Shown here one piece after another: positions 27,095 to 36,665 of a stretch of 64,000 nucleotides of DNA; positions within the stretch are counted from its first letter, which is position 1; every line of letters begins with the position of its first letter. The translations under genes were made by a program, and so were the position numbers. Below the pieces are notes generated by a model. The model was not told the DNA's origin, searched no databases, and saw only the letters and a list, made by a program, of their open reading frames with translations. Location: positions 8,173 to 72,172 of the forward strand of contig CAZCRB010000001.1 in assembly GCA_964500985.1 (NCBI GenBank), in the 5' to 3' direction. Origin of the DNA: an uncultured Eubacteriales bacterium. Its GTDB lineage: Bacteria > Actinomycetota > Coriobacteriia > Anaerosomatales > PHET01.

Positions 27095-27593
27095 GACCCT
27101 CTCGGGAATCGCGTTCGCCGTGCTCGCGATCGCCTCGCTCGGCGGCGCCGTTGCGATGGTGTCGGCGCGAAACGTCGTGCACGCCGCGTTCTGGCTGCTC
27201 GAGGTGTCGGTGGCCGCCGCGGGCCTGTACTGGTTCCTCGGGGCCGAGTACATCGCCATCATCCAACTGCTCGTCTACGCCGGTGCGGTCGCCATCCTGC
27301 TGATCTTCACGATCATGATCACGCTTCGTCGCCGCGAGGACGCGATCAGGCCGCGCGACTTCTCGTGGCTCGCGCTCGTGCTCTCGGTCTCCTTCTTCGC
27401 GCTCGTGGCCCTTGCGCTCGGCGGGTGGGACCGCCAGCCGGTCAAGCTGCCCGCGCACGCTCCGGCCTTGGTGGACTTCGGTGCGCTGATGTTCTCGCCC
27501 ACCGGCTGGGCCCTGCCGTTCGAGATCGCTTCGCTCGTGCTCACGGCGGCGCTGGTGGCCGCCATCTGGTGGTCGAGGGAGGAGGACGAGTAG
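27087..27593 (+). CDS. nuoJ: NADH-quinone oxidoreductase subunit J
   Basis: GTG at 27087 follows AAAGGAGG. 5-TM protein with the YAGAVAILLIF motif. Confidence 0.85.
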   Translation: MTETLSGIAFAVLAIASLGGAVAMVSARNVVHAAFWLLEVSVAAAGLYWFLGAEYIAIIQLLVYAGAVAILLIFTIMITLRRREDAIRPRDFSWLALVLSVSFFALVALALGGWDRQPVKLPAHAPALVDFGALMFSPTGWALPFEIASLVLTAALVAAIWWSREEDE

Positions 27594-27905
27594 ATGCGTG
27601 TCGGTCTTGAAGCGTTCCTCCTGTTGGGTGCGGCGCTGTTCGCCGTCGGACTGTACGGCGCCGTCTCCAAGAAGGGCGCGGTGCAGGTCCTCATGTCGCT
27701 CGAGCTCATGGCCATCGCCGTGAACCTGAACCTGCTGGCCTTCTCGCGGTTTGTGGACCCGACGCCGATGACAGGCTGGTTCTTCACCGTGTTCGCGATG
27801 GTCGTGTCCGCCGCCGAGGTGGGACTCGGACTCGCGCTGATCCTGGCCATCTATCGGGTCTCTCGTGACAGTGAAGTCACGGGGCTGTCGGAACTGAAGG
27901 GGTAG
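27594..27905 (+). CDS. nuoK: NADH-quinone oxidoreductase subunit K
   Basis: 103 aa, 3 TM segments, MSLELM and SAAEVGLGLA motifs. Starts immediately after the nuoJ stop. Confidence 0.9.
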   Translation: MRVGLEAFLLLGAALFAVGLYGAVSKKGAVQVLMSLELMAIAVNLNLLAFSRFVDPTPMTGWFFTVFAMVVSAAEVGLGLALILAIYRVSRDSEVTGLSELKG

Positions 27906-27908
27906 CGG

Positions 27909-29813
27909 ATGGACTGGGTCATCGCCATACCGCTGCTGCCGGCGCTCGCGTTCTGCGTGCTGCTGCCCCTGTCGCGCCGGCTGCGAAACCGCCTGCTGTG
28001 GCTGCCGGTCGGCGCCATGGCAGCGTCGGCTGCGCTCGCCATCGGCGCGTTCGCGTCCGTCTGGCCGGGTGGCTCGGAAGAACCGGTCTGGGGATTCTCG
28101 TGGCAGTTCCTCGAGGTCGCCGGGCGCCCGTACTCGGTGGGGCTCGCGTTGGACCCGGTCGCGGCCGTCATGCTGGTCGTCGTCACCATCGTCGGCACCT
28201 GCGTGCAGGTCTACTCCCTCGGCTACATGCACAAAGACGAGCGGGAGGGCTGGTACTTCGCGGTGCTCTCGCTGTTCACCTCGGCGATGCTCGTGCTCGT
28301 GCTTGCCGACAACATCCTGCTCACGTTCGCCATGTGGGAGCTCATGGGCCTGTGCTCGTACCTGCTCATCGGCTTCTGGTACGAGCTCGAGGCGCCGCGC
28401 AAGGCGTCGATGAAGGCGTTTCTGACCACGCGCGTCGGCGACATCGGGTTCCTCGTGGCGCTGTTCGCGATCTTCGGCGCCGCAGGGACCTTCGAGATCG
28501 CGCCCATGCTTGCAAGCGCGCCCGGATGGCCCCACGCGGCTGCGGTCGCGGTCTCGGCCGGCCTGCTCTGGGCGGCGATGGGCAAGTCCGCACAGGTCCC
28601 GCTCCACGTCTGGCTGCCCGACGCCATGGCCGGCCCGACGCCGGCTTCGGCTCTGATCCATGCGGCGACCATGGTCGCGGCCGGCGTATTCGTCATCGCC
28701 AAGATGCTGCCGATCCTCGAGCTGGTTCCCGCCGTCATGACGACCATGCTCGTCGTGGGGCTGGTCACCACGCTGGCGGGCGGCCTGCTCGCCGCGGTCC
28801 AGCACGACATCAAGAAGGTCCTCGCGTACTCGACGATCAGCCAGCTCGGGCTCATGTTCGTCGCGCTCGGCGCGGGCAGCTCGTTCGCCGCGATGTGGCA
28901 CCTCACGACGCACGCCTTCTTCAAGTCCCTCACGTTCCTGGCCGCAGGCGTGATCATCCATGCGGCGCACACGCAGGACATGCGCGAGATGGGCGGGCTG
29001 GCCAAGTTCCTCCCTGTCACCACCGTCACGTTCACCATCGGTGCCGCGGCGCTGGCCGGCCTCGTGCCCACCTCCGGGTTCTTCAGCAAAGACGAGATCC
29101 TCAACGTCTTGGTCGAACAGCAGCTGTGGGTTCCGTTCGCACTGGTCGTCTTCGGGGCGGCGGTGACGTCGTTCTACGTCACCCGCCTGTGGTTCCGGGT
29201 CTTCTCCGGACCGACGCAGAGCGAGCACATCCACGAGGGGCACAAGTCGATGCTCGGACCGATGATCGTGCTCGCCGCGATCACGCTCGTGCTTGGCTTC
29301 TTCGCCCATTCGTTCGGGGCGTTTCTCGGTGACGAGGTGCCGCCGATCAACCTCGCCGTGGCGGGTGTGTCCTCGCTGGCGACGCTCGTCGGCTTCAGCG
29401 TCGGGTGGTGGGTCTACGGCCGCCGCTCGGTCGTGGTCAACACGCGCGTGTGGAAGCAGCGGTTCGGCGTGGCCTACGGGGCGCTGCATCAGAAGCTCTA
29501 CTTCGACACGGTGTACGACGCGGTGTTCGTGCGCGGCTACCGGGTGCTGTCCGAGCTTCTCGCGATCGGCGATCGTCGGGTCCTCGACGGCGCGGTCAAC
29601 GGGGTCGGGCGCGGCTGGATCGTCCTCAGTGGGTTCACCTGGCGCTTCGACAGCGCCTTCATCGACGGATGCGTCAACGGGCTCGGCACGCTTGCGCGCC
29701 GCGTCGGTGGGTCGCTGCGCAGAATACAGACCGGTCGCCTGCAGAGCTACCAGCGCCTCGTGCTGGCAGCGGTCGTGGCGCTCATGGTGTTGCTCGTGCT
29801 GAAGGGGGCCTAA
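27909..29813 (+). CDS. nuoL: NADH-quinone oxidoreductase subunit L
   Basis: 634 aa antiporter-like subunit (WELMGLCSYLLIGFW, LPDAMAGPTPASALIHAATMV). Confidence 0.95.
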   Translation: MDWVIAIPLLPALAFCVLLPLSRRLRNRLLWLPVGAMAASAALAIGAFASVWPGGSEEPVWGFSWQFLEVAGRPYSVGLALDPVAAVMLVVVTIVGTCVQVYSLGYMHKDEREGWYFAVLSLFTSAMLVLVLADNILLTFAMWELMGLCSYLLIGFWYELEAPRKASMKAFLTTRVGDIGFLVALFAIFGAAGTFEIAPMLASAPGWPHAAAVAVSAGLLWAAMGKSAQVPLHVWLPDAMAGPTPASALIHAATMVAAGVFVIAKMLPILELVPAVMTTMLVVGLVTTLAGGLLAAVQHDIKKVLAYSTISQLGLMFVALGAGSSFAAMWHLTTHAFFKSLTFLAAGVIIHAAHTQDMREMGGLAKFLPVTTVTFTIGAAALAGLVPTSGFFSKDEILNVLVEQQLWVPFALVVFGAAVTSFYVTRLWFRVFSGPTQSEHIHEGHKSMLGPMIVLAAITLVLGFFAHSFGAFLGDEVPPINLAVAGVSSLATLVGFSVGWWVYGRRSVVVNTRVWKQRFGVAYGALHQKLYFDTVYDAVFVRGYRVLSELLAIGDRRVLDGAVNGVGRGWIVLSGFTWRFDSAFIDGCVNGLGTLARRVGGSLRRIQTGRLQSYQRLVLAAVVALMVLLVLKGA

Positions 29814-29815
29814 GG

Positions 29816-31273
29816 GTGCTCAGTCTGATCACATTCCTGCCGCTGCTCGGAGTCGTTGCGTGCGCGGTGCTGCCAAGCGGGAGGCGTGACCTCGCCAAGT
29901 GGGTCGCTCTCGCGGTGACCGGCGTCGACCTCGTGGTGGCCACGGTCATGCTCGTCGGCTTCCAGACCGGCGGCGGCCTGCAGTACGTCGAGCGGTTCTC
30001 GTGGGTGCCTCAGGTCGGCATCGAGTACTTCATGGCCGTCGACGGCATGTCGGCGCCGCTTGTGGCGCTCTCGGCGCTGCTGACCTTCCTCGCGGTGCTG
30101 GCCAGCTTCAAGATCGAGGACCGGCCGGCGTTCTACTTCGCGATGCTGCTGCTTCTACAGGTGGGCATGAACGGCGTCTTCATGGCGTTGGACTTCGTGC
30201 TGTTCTACGTCTTCTGGGAGCTCGTGCTCGTGCCGATGTACTTCCTGATCGCGCAGTGGGGCGGTCCGCGCCGCCAGTACGCCGCGATCAAGTTCTTCCT
30301 CTACACGCTGTTCGGCTCGGTGTTCATGCTCGTGGGCATCCTGGCGGTCTATCTGAGTCCCCAGGGCGGCACGTTCAACATGATCGAGTTGATCGGTCGC
30401 AGCTTCTCGCCCACGTTCCAGTTCTGGGTGTTCGCGGCGTTCTTCCTCGGCTTCGCCGTCAAGGTGCCGATGTGGCCGTTCCACACCTGGCTGCCCGACG
30501 CGCACGTCGAAGCGCCGACCGCGGCATCGGTGCTGCTGGCCGGCGTGATGCTGAAGATGGGGACCTACGGGTTCCTGCGCGTGTCGCTCCCGATCCTGCC
30601 CGAAGGGTTCGCGTCGTGGCAGTGGGCGATCGCGGTGCTCGCGGTGATCTCGATCATCTACGGTGCATCGGTGGCGTTCGCCCAAGCCGATGTGAAGAAG
30701 CTCGTCGCCTACTCGTCGGTGTCGCACATGGGCTTCGCGATGCTCGGTATCGCATCGGCCACGACCGCGGGCCTCAACGGTGCGATGGCGGTCAACATCA
30801 GCCACGGCCTGACCACGGGCATGCTGTTCTTCCTCGTGGGCATGGTATATGACCGCACACATACTCGACAGATCTCCGAGCTCTCCGGGCTCGCTTCCCA
30901 GATGCCGGTCATCGCGGGCCTCATGGCGTTCGCGAGCTTCGCGTCCATGGGACTGCCCGGGCTGTCCGGGTTCGTGGGCGAGTTCCTCTCGCTGCTCGGC
31001 GCGTTCCTCTCGCCCGACCTCACCTGGTGGCTCGTGCTCATCGCATCGGTGGGCGTGCTCTTCGGCGCCGCCTACATCCTCTACATGCTCCAGCGTGTCG
31101 TGCTCGGCCAGCCGAGCTACATCGTGGCCGACCAGCCCGATGCGACGCCACGCGACATCTTGACGGTGGCCCCGCTCGTGGTGCTCATCGTCGTGATCGG
31201 CGTCTACTGGAACGCGCTGCTCCAGTACACCGATCCGGCCATGACCGCGCTCGCGAAAGTGGTGGGTGGCTAG
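29816..31273 (+). CDS. nuoM: NADH-quinone oxidoreductase subunit M
   Basis: Trimmed to the GTG at 29816 (VLSLITFLPLLG). Has WLPDAHVEAPTAASVLLAGVMLKMG. Confidence 0.9.
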   Translation: MLSLITFLPLLGVVACAVLPSGRRDLAKWVALAVTGVDLVVATVMLVGFQTGGGLQYVERFSWVPQVGIEYFMAVDGMSAPLVALSALLTFLAVLASFKIEDRPAFYFAMLLLLQVGMNGVFMALDFVLFYVFWELVLVPMYFLIAQWGGPRRQYAAIKFFLYTLFGSVFMLVGILAVYLSPQGGTFNMIELIGRSFSPTFQFWVFAAFFLGFAVKVPMWPFHTWLPDAHVEAPTAASVLLAGVMLKMGTYGFLRVSLPILPEGFASWQWAIAVLAVISIIYGASVAFAQADVKKLVAYSSVSHMGFAMLGIASATTAGLNGAMAVNISHGLTTGMLFFLVGMVYDRTHTRQISELSGLASQMPVIAGLMAFASFASMGLPGLSGFVGEFLSLLGAFLSPDLTWWLVLIASVGVLFGAAYILYMLQRVVLGQPSYIVADQPDATPRDILTVAPLVVLIVVIGVYWNALLQYTDPAMTALAKVVGG

Positions 31274-32644
31274 ATGACGGGCTACGGCCTCATCGTTCCC
31301 GAGCTGCTGGTCATCGCCGCTGCCGCGTGGGCGCTCTTCGCCGAGCGCCTGGTCGGCGGCGACCGTGGCGCCGCGTGGGTCGGGGCGGGCGCATGCGCCG
31401 TGGCCGGGCTGGCGGCTGCCGCCGCGCCGGCGAGCGGGCTGCTCTTTGGCGGACTGCTCGGGTTCGACGGCGCGGCGAAGTTCGCCCGCGTGGGGATCGC
31501 ACTGCTCGCGGCGTTGTGGCTGCTGTGGACCGCGGGACGCGGGACGGGGCGCGTGCGCGAGGCGGTCGCACTCGCTCTGCTCGCCACCGTCGGCGCCATG
31601 CTCATGTGCGAGGCGCGCGATCTGATCACGCTCGTGCTCGCGGTCGAGCTGGCCACGATGCCCGCGTACGTCTTGATGGGCTACCGTCGCCAGCGGCTCG
31701 ACGGCCTCGAAGGTGCGATCAAGTACTTCCTGCTCTCGATGCTGACGTCTCTCGTGATGCTCTACGGCATGTCGTTCCTCTACGGCGTGACCGGGACCAC
31801 GCGCTATGCCGGTCTCGACCTGAGCCAGGCGGGTTCCCTCGGCGTGCTCGCGGTGCTGCTCACGTTCGTGGGCCTGTTCGCCAAGCTCTCCGCGGCCCCG
31901 TTCCACTACTGGGCCCCCGACGCCTACGCCGGCGCCGAGCCGTGGTCGGTGGCGTTCGTTTCCACCGTGCCCAAGGTCGCCGGCGCGGTTGCGCTCGTGC
32001 GGCTCACCGCGGCGCTTGCCCCATCGGCGACGCTCCTCGCGCCGGTGTTGCTCGTCGGCGCGGTGCTCTCGATGCTTCTGGGAAACCTCGCCGCACTCAC
32101 GCAAGACGACCTGCGACGGATGATGGCGTACTCGGGCGTGGCCCATACCGGCTACCTGCTGCTCGGCACCGCGGCGCTGTCGGGAGCCGGATTCAGGGCG
32201 GCGATCCTCTACTCGGTGGCGTACGCGTTGCCGTCACTGGGGATCATGCTGGTCCTCGCCGAGGAGGGGCCGGCGCTCGGCGACGTCGCCGGTCTGGCCC
32301 AGAGGCGGCCGGCGGCTGCGTGGGCGGTCGTGGTCATGCTCCTGTCGCTCATCGGCGTGCCGCCGCTCGTCGGCTTCTTTGGGAAGTTCTTCTTGTTCGG
32401 GGCGGCGCTTCAGGCGCATCTGACGTGGTGGGTCGTGCTCGGTATCGTGATGAGCGTCGTCTCCGCCGGCTACTACCTGCGCATCGTCCGCTCGATGTTC
32501 TTCGCTGAGCCCGACGTCGAACGCCCGGCTGTCGGGTCGTCCTGGCCGGCGAGTGTCTCGGTGGGGCTTGCCGCCGTGCTGACGGTGGCACTGGGTCTCG
32601 CCGCGGGCCAGATCCTCCAGGTACTGAGCGGTTCGCTGCTCTAG
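31274..32644 (+). CDS. nuoN: NADH-quinone oxidoreductase subunit N
   Basis: 456 aa antiporter-like subunit (FHYWAPDAYAGAEPWSVAF). Starts immediately after the nuoM stop. Confidence 0.9.
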   Translation: MTGYGLIVPELLVIAAAAWALFAERLVGGDRGAAWVGAGACAVAGLAAAAAPASGLLFGGLLGFDGAAKFARVGIALLAALWLLWTAGRGTGRVREAVALALLATVGAMLMCEARDLITLVLAVELATMPAYVLMGYRRQRLDGLEGAIKYFLLSMLTSLVMLYGMSFLYGVTGTTRYAGLDLSQAGSLGVLAVLLTFVGLFAKLSAAPFHYWAPDAYAGAEPWSVAFVSTVPKVAGAVALVRLTAALAPSATLLAPVLLVGAVLSMLLGNLAALTQDDLRRMMAYSGVAHTGYLLLGTAALSGAGFRAAILYSVAYALPSLGIMLVLAEEGPALGDVAGLAQRRPAAAWAVVVMLLSLIGVPPLVGFFGKFFLFGAALQAHLTWWVVLGIVMSVVSAGYYLRIVRSMFFAEPDVERPAVGSSWPASVSVGLAAVLTVALGLAAGQILQVLSGSLL

Positions 32645-32761
32645 CTGCGGCCGCCTGGCTCGTGGAGCGGCGGTCGAGTCGGCGTGCTGATTCTGTGTAC
32701 GCTGTTCCGCCACGGGCCCAGTGGTAGTAGCGTTGCTGTTCGAAGGCCATGAGTCCCCTGA

Positions 32762-34261
32762 ATGACGCCGTGGACGAGGTGCAGTGACGTGACCGATACC
32801 AACACTCCCGATCCCGCCGGACAGCAGCCCGCCGGACAGCAACCCGCCGACCCCGACCGCGCGCTCGAGATCGCGCGCGAGGTGGCGGCGACCGACTGGC
32901 AGGTGTCCGACGAGCCCGAGCCGCTCGGTGCGGAGGGCGAGGACATCGCGTGGATGGCCGACCCCGATGCGCACCTGTCCGACGTGGAGCCGCACGAGCC
33001 GGACGTGGTCGAGATCGACGGGCCACTGCCGGTGTGCGATTACTCTGGCGAGGGCGACGAGCCGTGCGAGGAGCCGACCGTGCAGCGTCGCTGGTCGGGC
33101 GCTGCCGTGGTCACGGCGGCCGCCGTCGGCGCGGTGGTGGGCGGGCTCTTTGTCGCCGCCGCGCTCGTCTGGGCGCTCGGCCTGCTCCCCAACGTCAAGC
33201 CGCTCGCGCTCGGGCGCGGCGCGTCGAGCGATGCGCCGACCGTGCCGGTCCAGAACCGCGTCCAGATCACGCCGGGCAGCGTCAAGGCGGACATCTCCGA
33301 AGCGGTGGCCGCCAAGGTGGTCCCGAGCGTCGTCAACGTCACGATCAAGCAAGCGGGCATCGATCCGCTGACCGGTGCGCGCATCACGCAGGAGGCCGGC
33401 AACGGCTCCGGCGTCATCATCCGCGACGACGGCTACGTGCTGACCAACAACCACGTGGTCCAGGGCGCCGACGAGATCATCGTGACCGTGGGCGTCGAAG
33501 ACAAGAAGGCGACCGTGGTCGGCACCGACCCGTCCAGCGACCTGGCGGTGCTCAAGATCGAGGGCTCCGGCGAGGCGAGCACGTACCCGGCCGTCGAGGT
33601 CGGCAGCTCCAAGAACCTCAAGGTCGGCCAGTACGTGATGGCGGTCGGCAGTCCCTTTGGCCTGGACAAGACCGCGACCGTCGGCATCGTCTCGGCGCTC
33701 GATCGCACCAACGTCGTGCAGGACCGCACCGACCTGACCACCTACACCAACCTCATCCAGACCGACGCGGCGATCAACCCCGGCAACTCGGGCGGGGCCC
33801 TGGTCAACGCGGCCGGCGAGCTCGTCGGCATCAACACGCTCATCGAGTCGCCGTCCGGCGCGGTGGGCACGCCGCAGTCCGCGGGCATCGGATTCGCCAT
33901 CCCGGTCGACTTCGCCATCGACATCGCCAAGCAGCTCATCGAATCGGGCAAGGCCACCCACGCCTATCTCGGCGTGAGCACCGCCACCGTGGACCAGAGC
34001 GCGGCGCGCCAGTTCAACCTGCCGGTGTCGAGCGGCGCTCTGGTCCGGTTCGTCCAGCCCGACTCGCCCGCCGAGAAGGCCGGCATCGAGCGCGGCGACA
34101 TCGTGGTGCGCTTCGGCACCAAGAAGGTCGAGTCCGCCGAGGACATGTATGCGGCCATCCGCGAACACCGGATCGGCGACACGGTCGAGGTCGAACTGGT
34201 GCGCGGCGACACCTCGCGAACGATGCCGGTGACGTTGGCGTCCGACGCCATCAGGAACTGA
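32762..34261 (+). CDS. HtrA/DegP-family serine protease with PDZ domain and acidic N-terminal extension
   Basis: TNNHVV, DLAVLKI and GNSGGALV form the catalytic triad, and a C-terminal PDZ domain is present (GDIVVRFG...). A TM helix lies near residue 115. The start is uncertain. Confidence 0.85.
   Translation: MTPWTRCSDVTDTNTPDPAGQQPAGQQPADPDRALEIAREVAATDWQVSDEPEPLGAEGEDIAWMADPDAHLSDVEPHEPDVVEIDGPLPVCDYSGEGDEPCEEPTVQRRWSGAAVVTAAAVGAVVGGLFVAAALVWALGLLPNVKPLALGRGASSDAPTVPVQNRVQITPGSVKADISEAVAAKVVPSVVNVTIKQAGIDPLTGARITQEAGNGSGVIIRDDGYVLTNNHVVQGADEIIVTVGVEDKKATVVGTDPSSDLAVLKIEGSGEASTYPAVEVGSSKNLKVGQYVMAVGSPFGLDKTATVGIVSALDRTNVVQDRTDLTTYTNLIQTDAAINPGNSGGALVNAAGELVGINTLIESPSGAVGTPQSAGIGFAIPVDFAIDIAKQLIESGKATHAYLGVSTATVDQSAARQFNLPVSSGALVRFVQPDSPAEKAGIERGDIVVRFGTKKVESAEDMYAAIREHRIGDTVEVELVRGDTSRTMPVTLASDAIRN
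32813..32842 (+). repeat. 2 x 15-nt in-frame tandem repeat (PAGQQ PAGQQ)
   Basis: CCCGCCGGACAGCAG followed by CCCGCCGGACAGCAA, inside the htrA-like N-terminal extension. Confidence 0.6.
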
Positions 34262-34268
34262 GCGCGGG

Positions 34269-34739
34269 ATGCGGATCTCGGTAGTCGCGGTCGGTCGGCT
34301 CAAGGAACGCTTCTGGGTCCAAGCGTGTGACGAGTACCTCAAGCGGCTCAAGGGCTACGCCGATGTGCGCGTGGTCGAGGTCGGCGACCGCGACCCGGGC
34401 CGTGCGGGCACCGAAGAACGCGCGCGGTCTCTCGAGGGCGCCGACGTGCTCAAGGCCCTGCCGGAGGGCACGCACGTGATCGCGCTCGACATCGCGGGCC
34501 GCGCCCTGAGCAGCGAGGCGTTCGCCGGGCACCTCGCCAAGCTCGCGCTCGACGGGCGCAGCACCGTCGCGTTCGTGATCGGCGGGTCCACCGGACTCGC
34601 TCCGGAGGTCCTCGCGCGCGCCGACGAGCGGCTCTCGCTCGGCCCTCTGACACTGCCGCACAATCTTGCGAGAGTCGTGCTTCTCGAGCAGGTCTACCGG
34701 GCCTTTCGGATCCAGCGCGGCGAGCCCTACCACAAGTAG
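34269..34739 (+). CDS. rlmH: 23S rRNA (pseudouridine1915-N3)-methyltransferase RlmH
   Basis: 156 aa SPOUT protein (MRISVVAVGRLKE ... FVIGGSTGL ... EQVYRAFRI). Confidence 0.9.
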   Translation: MRISVVAVGRLKERFWVQACDEYLKRLKGYADVRVVEVGDRDPGRAGTEERARSLEGADVLKALPEGTHVIALDIAGRALSSEAFAGHLAKLALDGRSTVAFVIGGSTGLAPEVLARADERLSLGPLTLPHNLARVVLLEQVYRAFRIQRGEPYHK

Positions 34740-34866
34740 CAGCCGCGCTGTCGGCACGGGGTCTCGCGCCTGGCTTGCGGGGGCGGGTCCGCTTTGCTGG
34801 GGTACAGGCTCATCGGGTATCCTTACCGCTCACATTCGTGCGTGACACCCGAAGGGTTCTGCTGCC

Positions 34867-36573
34867 GTGAGAGACGCCATCTCCGAACTCGTGTCGTCCG
34901 CCGTGGCCGCCGCCATCGAGGTCGGCGAGCTGCCGCTCGGTGCGGTGCCCGACCCGGCGCTCGAGCGCCCGCGCGACGCCTCCCATGGTGACTGGGCGAC
35001 CACCGTCGCCCTGCGCTGCGCCAAAGAGGCGGGCATGAACCCTCGCCAGGTGGCCGAGATCGTCGCCGCCCGGCTCGGCGAGGACCCCGACATCGCGGCT
35101 GTCGAGATTGCGGGACCGGGCTTCATCAACGTGCGGCTGGCTCCGGCGGCGTTTCATCGCGTGGTCCGGCTCGCGCGCGACGACGCGGCCGCGTTCGGCG
35201 CCTCCGGTACCGGCGAGGGCCGGCGCGTCCAGGTCGAGTTCGTGTCCGCCAACCCGGTCGGCCCGATGCACGTCGGGCACGGGCGCTGGGCGGCTCTCGG
35301 TGACGCGATCGCCCGGCTGCTGACGTTCACCGGCTGGGACGTTCAGCGCGAGTTCTACGTCAACGACGCCGGCGTCCAGATGGACAACTTCGCCGCGAGC
35401 GTCTCGGCACGCTACCTCGAGCAGTGCGGCGCGACCGTCGAGTTCCCCGACGACGGGTACCGCGGTGCCTACATCGTCGACATCGCCCGCGACATCTTCG
35501 AGCAGGAGAGCACGTGCTGGCTCGATGCGACGCCCGAGAACCGGGAGAGCCACTTCAAGGAGCAGGCCTACGTTCAGGTGCTCGAGCACCTCAAGAGCGT
35601 CTTGCATGACTTCGGCGTCGACTTCGACGTCTGGTTCTCCGAGCGTACGCTGCACGAGCCGGGTCCCAACGGCGAGCCGTCCGAGGTGGAGCAGGCCATC
35701 GCCCAGCTGCGCGAGGCGGGCCACATCTACGAGCTCGACGGCGCGACCTGGTTCCGCTCGACGCCCTTCGGTGACGACAAGGACCGCGTGCTCAAGAAGG
35801 CCGACGGCGCCTACACCTACTTCGCGGCCGACATCGCGTATCACAAGGACAAGTTCGATCGCGGCTTCGACCGCGTCATCAACATCTGGGGCGCCGACCA
35901 CCACGGCTACGTCGGCCGCATGCAGGCCGCGGTCGCGGCCCTCGGTCACCCGGGGCAGCTCGACGTCGTGATCGGTCAGCTCGTCAACCTGTTCCGCAAC
36001 GGCGAGGCCGTGCGGATGAGCAAGCGCACCGGCGAGATGGTCACCTTCGAGGAGCTCGTCGAGGAGGTCGGGGCCGACGCCGCCCGCTACTGGTTCCTTC
36101 GGCGCAGCACCGACCAGCCCGTCGACTTCGACATCGAGCTCGCGCGCCAGCAGAGCGCCGACAACCCCGTCTACTACGTGCAGTACGCCTACGCGCGCAT
36201 CTGCTCGATCCTGCGCAAGGCCGCGCAGGCGGGGGAGGACGACACCTTCGACGCCGACACGCTCTCGGCGCGCCTTTCGCTCGCCGGCGCGGACCTCGAG
36301 CCGCTCTCGCAGGAGGCCGAGCTCGCGTTGATGCGCAAGCTCGACGAGTTCCCGGACGTCGTCGAGGCCGCCGCACGCGACCTGGCTCCCAACCGCATCG
36401 CCCGCTACGCCGAGGATCTTGCGGCGACCTTCCACCAGTTCTACACGGTGTGTCGCGTCGTGAGCGACGATGAGAGGCTGACCGCCGCGCGCCTCGCACT
36501 CGTGGACGCGACGCGACGCGTTCTGCGCACCTCGCTGGGGCTGCTCGGCGTAGGCGCGCCGGAGCGCATGTAG
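34867..36573 (+). CDS. argS: arginine--tRNA ligase
   Basis: 568 aa. Class I HIGH-type motif (NPVGPMHVGHGR), MSKR(TG) motif and a DALR anticodon-binding C-terminus. Confidence 0.95.
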   Translation: MRDAISELVSSAVAAAIEVGELPLGAVPDPALERPRDASHGDWATTVALRCAKEAGMNPRQVAEIVAARLGEDPDIAAVEIAGPGFINVRLAPAAFHRVVRLARDDAAAFGASGTGEGRRVQVEFVSANPVGPMHVGHGRWAALGDAIARLLTFTGWDVQREFYVNDAGVQMDNFAASVSARYLEQCGATVEFPDDGYRGAYIVDIARDIFEQESTCWLDATPENRESHFKEQAYVQVLEHLKSVLHDFGVDFDVWFSERTLHEPGPNGEPSEVEQAIAQLREAGHIYELDGATWFRSTPFGDDKDRVLKKADGAYTYFAADIAYHKDKFDRGFDRVINIWGADHHGYVGRMQAAVAALGHPGQLDVVIGQLVNLFRNGEAVRMSKRTGEMVTFEELVEEVGADAARYWFLRRSTDQPVDFDIELARQQSADNPVYYVQYAYARICSILRKAAQAGEDDTFDADTLSARLSLAGADLEPLSQEAELALMRKLDEFPDVVEAAARDLAPNRIARYAEDLAATFHQFYTVCRVVSDDERLTAARLALVDATRRVLRTSLGLLGVGAPERM

Positions 36574-36578
36574 CTCCC

Positions 36579-36607
36579 TTGACGCATCGCCGCCACACAT
36601 CTAGCAT
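36579..36607 (+). promoter_or_regulatory. putative promoter for lysA-hom-thrB (TTGACG-17 nt-TAGCAT)
   Basis: -35 TTGACG at 36579-36584 and -10 TAGCAT at 36602-36607, with exactly 17 nt between them. Motif-only prediction. Confidence 0.4.
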
Positions 36608-36620
36608 GTGCGAATCGCAT

Positions 36621-36640
36621 TACTTAGCATATACTAAGTA
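36621..36640. promoter_or_regulatory. AT-rich 20-bp near-perfect palindrome (candidate operator) in the lysA leader
   Basis: TACTTAGCAT|ATACTAAGTA: 9 of 10 positions are self-complementary and 15 of 20 bases are A/T, in a very GC-rich genome. Lies between the predicted -10 and the lysA RBS. Confidence 0.4.
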
Positions 36641-36665
36641 GCCCGTCGACCAAAGGGGAGAGACC

